64,000 bases of DNA from Cyanobacteria bacterium RU_5_0. Lineage in GTDB: Bacteria; Cyanobacteriota; Cyanobacteriia; Elainellales; Elainellaceae. The notes beneath the pieces are model-generated. The model ran no database searches. It saw only the letters and a program-made list of their open reading frames with translations, and was not told the origin of the DNA. The translations under genes were made by a program, and so were the position numbers. Positions 62,353 to 64,000 of the stretch are shown one piece after another. The stretch spans positions 16,247-80,246 of the forward strand of contig JAAUSF010000003.1 in NCBI GenBank assembly GCA_012033255.1. The letters run 5' to 3'. Each line of letters begins with the position of its first letter. Position 1 is the stretch's first letter.

Positions 62353-63267
62353 ATGACTATCATTCATCACATCAATTTGGCGGCGATCGACCTCAATCTA
62401 TTGGTTGTCTTTGATGCCCTGATGACAGAACATCATGTCACTCGTGCAGGTCAGAAAATTGGATTATCTCAGCCCGCCACAAGCAATGCGCTGTCTCGAT
62501 TGCGAGACTTGTTTGATGATGAATTATTTGTCAAAACGCCCGATGGAATGCAGCCTACACCAAAGGCGATCGTCCTCTCTCAACCCATCCACCAAATTTT
62601 GCTGCAAGTTCAGTCTGCACTGACTCACGACACGCCATTTGTCCCGAAGACAAGCGATCGGCTCTTTACAGTCGGCCTGTCGGACTACACAGAATTTGTC
62701 CTGTTGCCTAAACTACTAAAACATCTAGAAACAGTTGCCCCCAAAGTCAGAATTCTCGTTCGTTCAATCGATCGTCATCGCGGGCTAAAGATGTTAGATG
62801 CTGATGAAATCGATTTGGCGATCGGCGTGTTTCCAGAGCATTCATCCTGGCATCAAAAACAAGTGTTATTTCATGAACAGCATATTTGTGTTTGTCGTAA
62901 AGATCATTCCAGGATTAAAGAGAAAATCGCGTTAGAAGATTATCTTGGTGCATCACATATACTGGTATCCGTTAAAGAAGATATGGTGGGTTGGATTGAT
63001 GAGTATTTAGCTCAACACAATTTGAAACGTCACGTTGCCATTACTGTTCCTCACTTTCTCGTCGCACCATTCATTTTGGCAAACACAGACTTGATCGCTA
63101 CATTAGCCGAACGAGTTGCACATACCTACGCAGATTTTTTACATCTTCAAGTGTTACCGCTGCCATTCGAGGTATCTAGATTTAATGTCTCAATGCTTTG
63201 GCATTCCAAAAATAACAACGATCGAGCGCATCAATGGTTGCGGGACGCGATCGCAGAGCTAAATTAA
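62353..63267 (+). CDS. LysR-family transcriptional regulator
   Basis: 304 aa; N-terminal LysR HTH (…LNLLVVFDALMTEHHVTRAGQKIGLSQPATSNALSRLR…), C-terminal substrate-binding domain. Confidence 0.85.
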   Translation: MTIIHHINLAAIDLNLLVVFDALMTEHHVTRAGQKIGLSQPATSNALSRLRDLFDDELFVKTPDGMQPTPKAIVLSQPIHQILLQVQSALTHDTPFVPKTSDRLFTVGLSDYTEFVLLPKLLKHLETVAPKVRILVRSIDRHRGLKMLDADEIDLAIGVFPEHSSWHQKQVLFHEQHICVCRKDHSRIKEKIALEDYLGASHILVSVKEDMVGWIDEYLAQHNLKRHVAITVPHFLVAPFILANTDLIATLAERVAHTYADFLHLQVLPLPFEVSRFNVSMLWHSKNNNDRAHQWLRDAIAELN

Positions 63268-63544
63268 AGCTCATCCTCCTGGCTCAGATATCAGGTTGAT
63301 AAATTCCGCCGCCACCACAGGATTGATTGCTTGCAGCCCATCGCGAATTTCTAGAATCGTTTCAGTCGTTGGACCACGAACCTCGTTCACCCATAAACAC
63401 GTCATGCTAACTCAAGACTTTCGCTAACTCTGGAACCACCGCACTCAATGCACTAGCCCATCTAGAGGACGATTTCAGGAGTTATACGCATTTACACTAA
63501 GTTTGAATAGGATACGTTAAAAAGTGCAGAGTTAAAGACTTGGC

Positions 63545-64000
63545 ATGATTAATCAGACATATGACGTTGTAGTGATTGGGGGTGGGGTAGCAGGAGCCGC
63601 TTCGCTCTATGCGTTGGCAAGCTTTACTGATTTAAAGCGTGTAGCACTGGTGGAGAAATATCCTCGTGTGGCATCTGTCAACTCTAAAGCCACAAATAAT
63701 AGCCAGACGATCCATTGTGGGGATATCGAGACTAACTACACACTAGAGAAGGCACTCAAGGTACGGCGATCGGCTCAGATGCTAGTTCGTTATGCTGAGC
63801 AATTGCCACCTAGACTTCGAGATCAGATCATTCATCGATTTCCCAAAATGGTGTTGGGCGTTGGCGTTCAAGAGTGTGAGTTCTTGCAGCAACGATATGA
63901 GACGTTTAAGCCACATTTCACTGGAATGCACCTACTAGACAAAACTCAAATTGCAGACATAGAACCGAGTGTCGTCAACGTGAATGGACACGATCGACCT
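63545..64000 (+). CDS. FAD-dependent oxidoreductase, malate:quinone oxidoreductase / L-2-hydroxyglutarate oxidase family (5' partial, runs off window)
   Basis: 'YDVVVIGGGVAGAA' dinucleotide-binding motif and 'NNSQTIHCGDIETNYT' block parallel to the Mqo/LhgO N-termini; ORF open to the window end. Confidence 0.6.
   Translation, partial: MINQTYDVVVIGGGVAGAASLYALASFTDLKRVALVEKYPRVASVNSKATNNSQTIHCGDIETNYTLEKALKVRRSAQMLVRYAEQLPPRLRDQIIHRFPKMVLGVGVQECEFLQQRYETFKPHFTGMHLLDKTQIADIEPSVVNVNGHDRP

Overview
This is a chromosomal segment from a cyanobacterium, judged from pervasive HIP1 octamers (GCGATCGC), cyanobacterial gene content and no rRNA. The call set covers about 55 coding genes, one tRNA, no rRNA and no CRISPR array.

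Genes, in order:
- thioredoxin, and a GT39/ArnT-like membrane glycosyltransferase
- a frameshifted class-V aminotransferase
- tRNA-Asn(GTT)
- a cNMP-binding/C39-like ABC exporter with an overlapping PpiC-type PPIase
- a Uma2-family nuclease, a PRK-family kinase, and lipA
- a four-gene NrtABCD/CmpABCD-type nitrate/bicarbonate ABC transporter, followed at 24 bp by a Cys-rich hypothetical
- an S8 protease with RTX repeats, an MFS transporter, and a Tat ferritin-like protein
- an orphan FutB-like iron permease, then pstSCAB
- a flotillin, a RelE/ParE-type toxin with a HicB-like partner, and a WD40 Ser/Thr kinase
- alpha-amylase, a Crp/Fnr regulator, and a pentapeptide-repeat protein
- a second Ser/Thr kinase
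- a compact gas-vesicle cluster gvpA-gvpC-gvpN-gvpJ-gvpK
- a CDC48-like double-AAA ATPase, then a NarL-type response regulator with a hybrid histidine kinase
- a membrane-anchored Mn-SOD, and a C5-methyltransferase remnant
- metH, interrupted and carrying heptamer tandem repeats
- OCP with FRP
- a MASE1/GAF histidine kinase, interrupted
- an ABM monooxygenase, a LysR regulator, and the 5' end of an Mqo/LhgO-family oxidoreductase

Features the gene track does not explain:
- A MITE-like family with about 25-bp terminal inverted repeats occurs four times. Copies sit next to tRNA-Asn, upstream of the transporter operon, inside that operon, and upstream of futB. Two copies carry internal 26-30 bp triplications.
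- A second dispersed repeat of about 90 bp occurs twice.
- A GC-clamped palindromic hairpin family occurs twice.
- Three genes are broken by single-base indels, two of them in homopolymer or poly-C tracts.
- The GvpC homolog carries an unusual C-terminal extension that reads as a winged-helix domain.

All calls were made by eye from the six-frame translations and motif memory. No searches were run.
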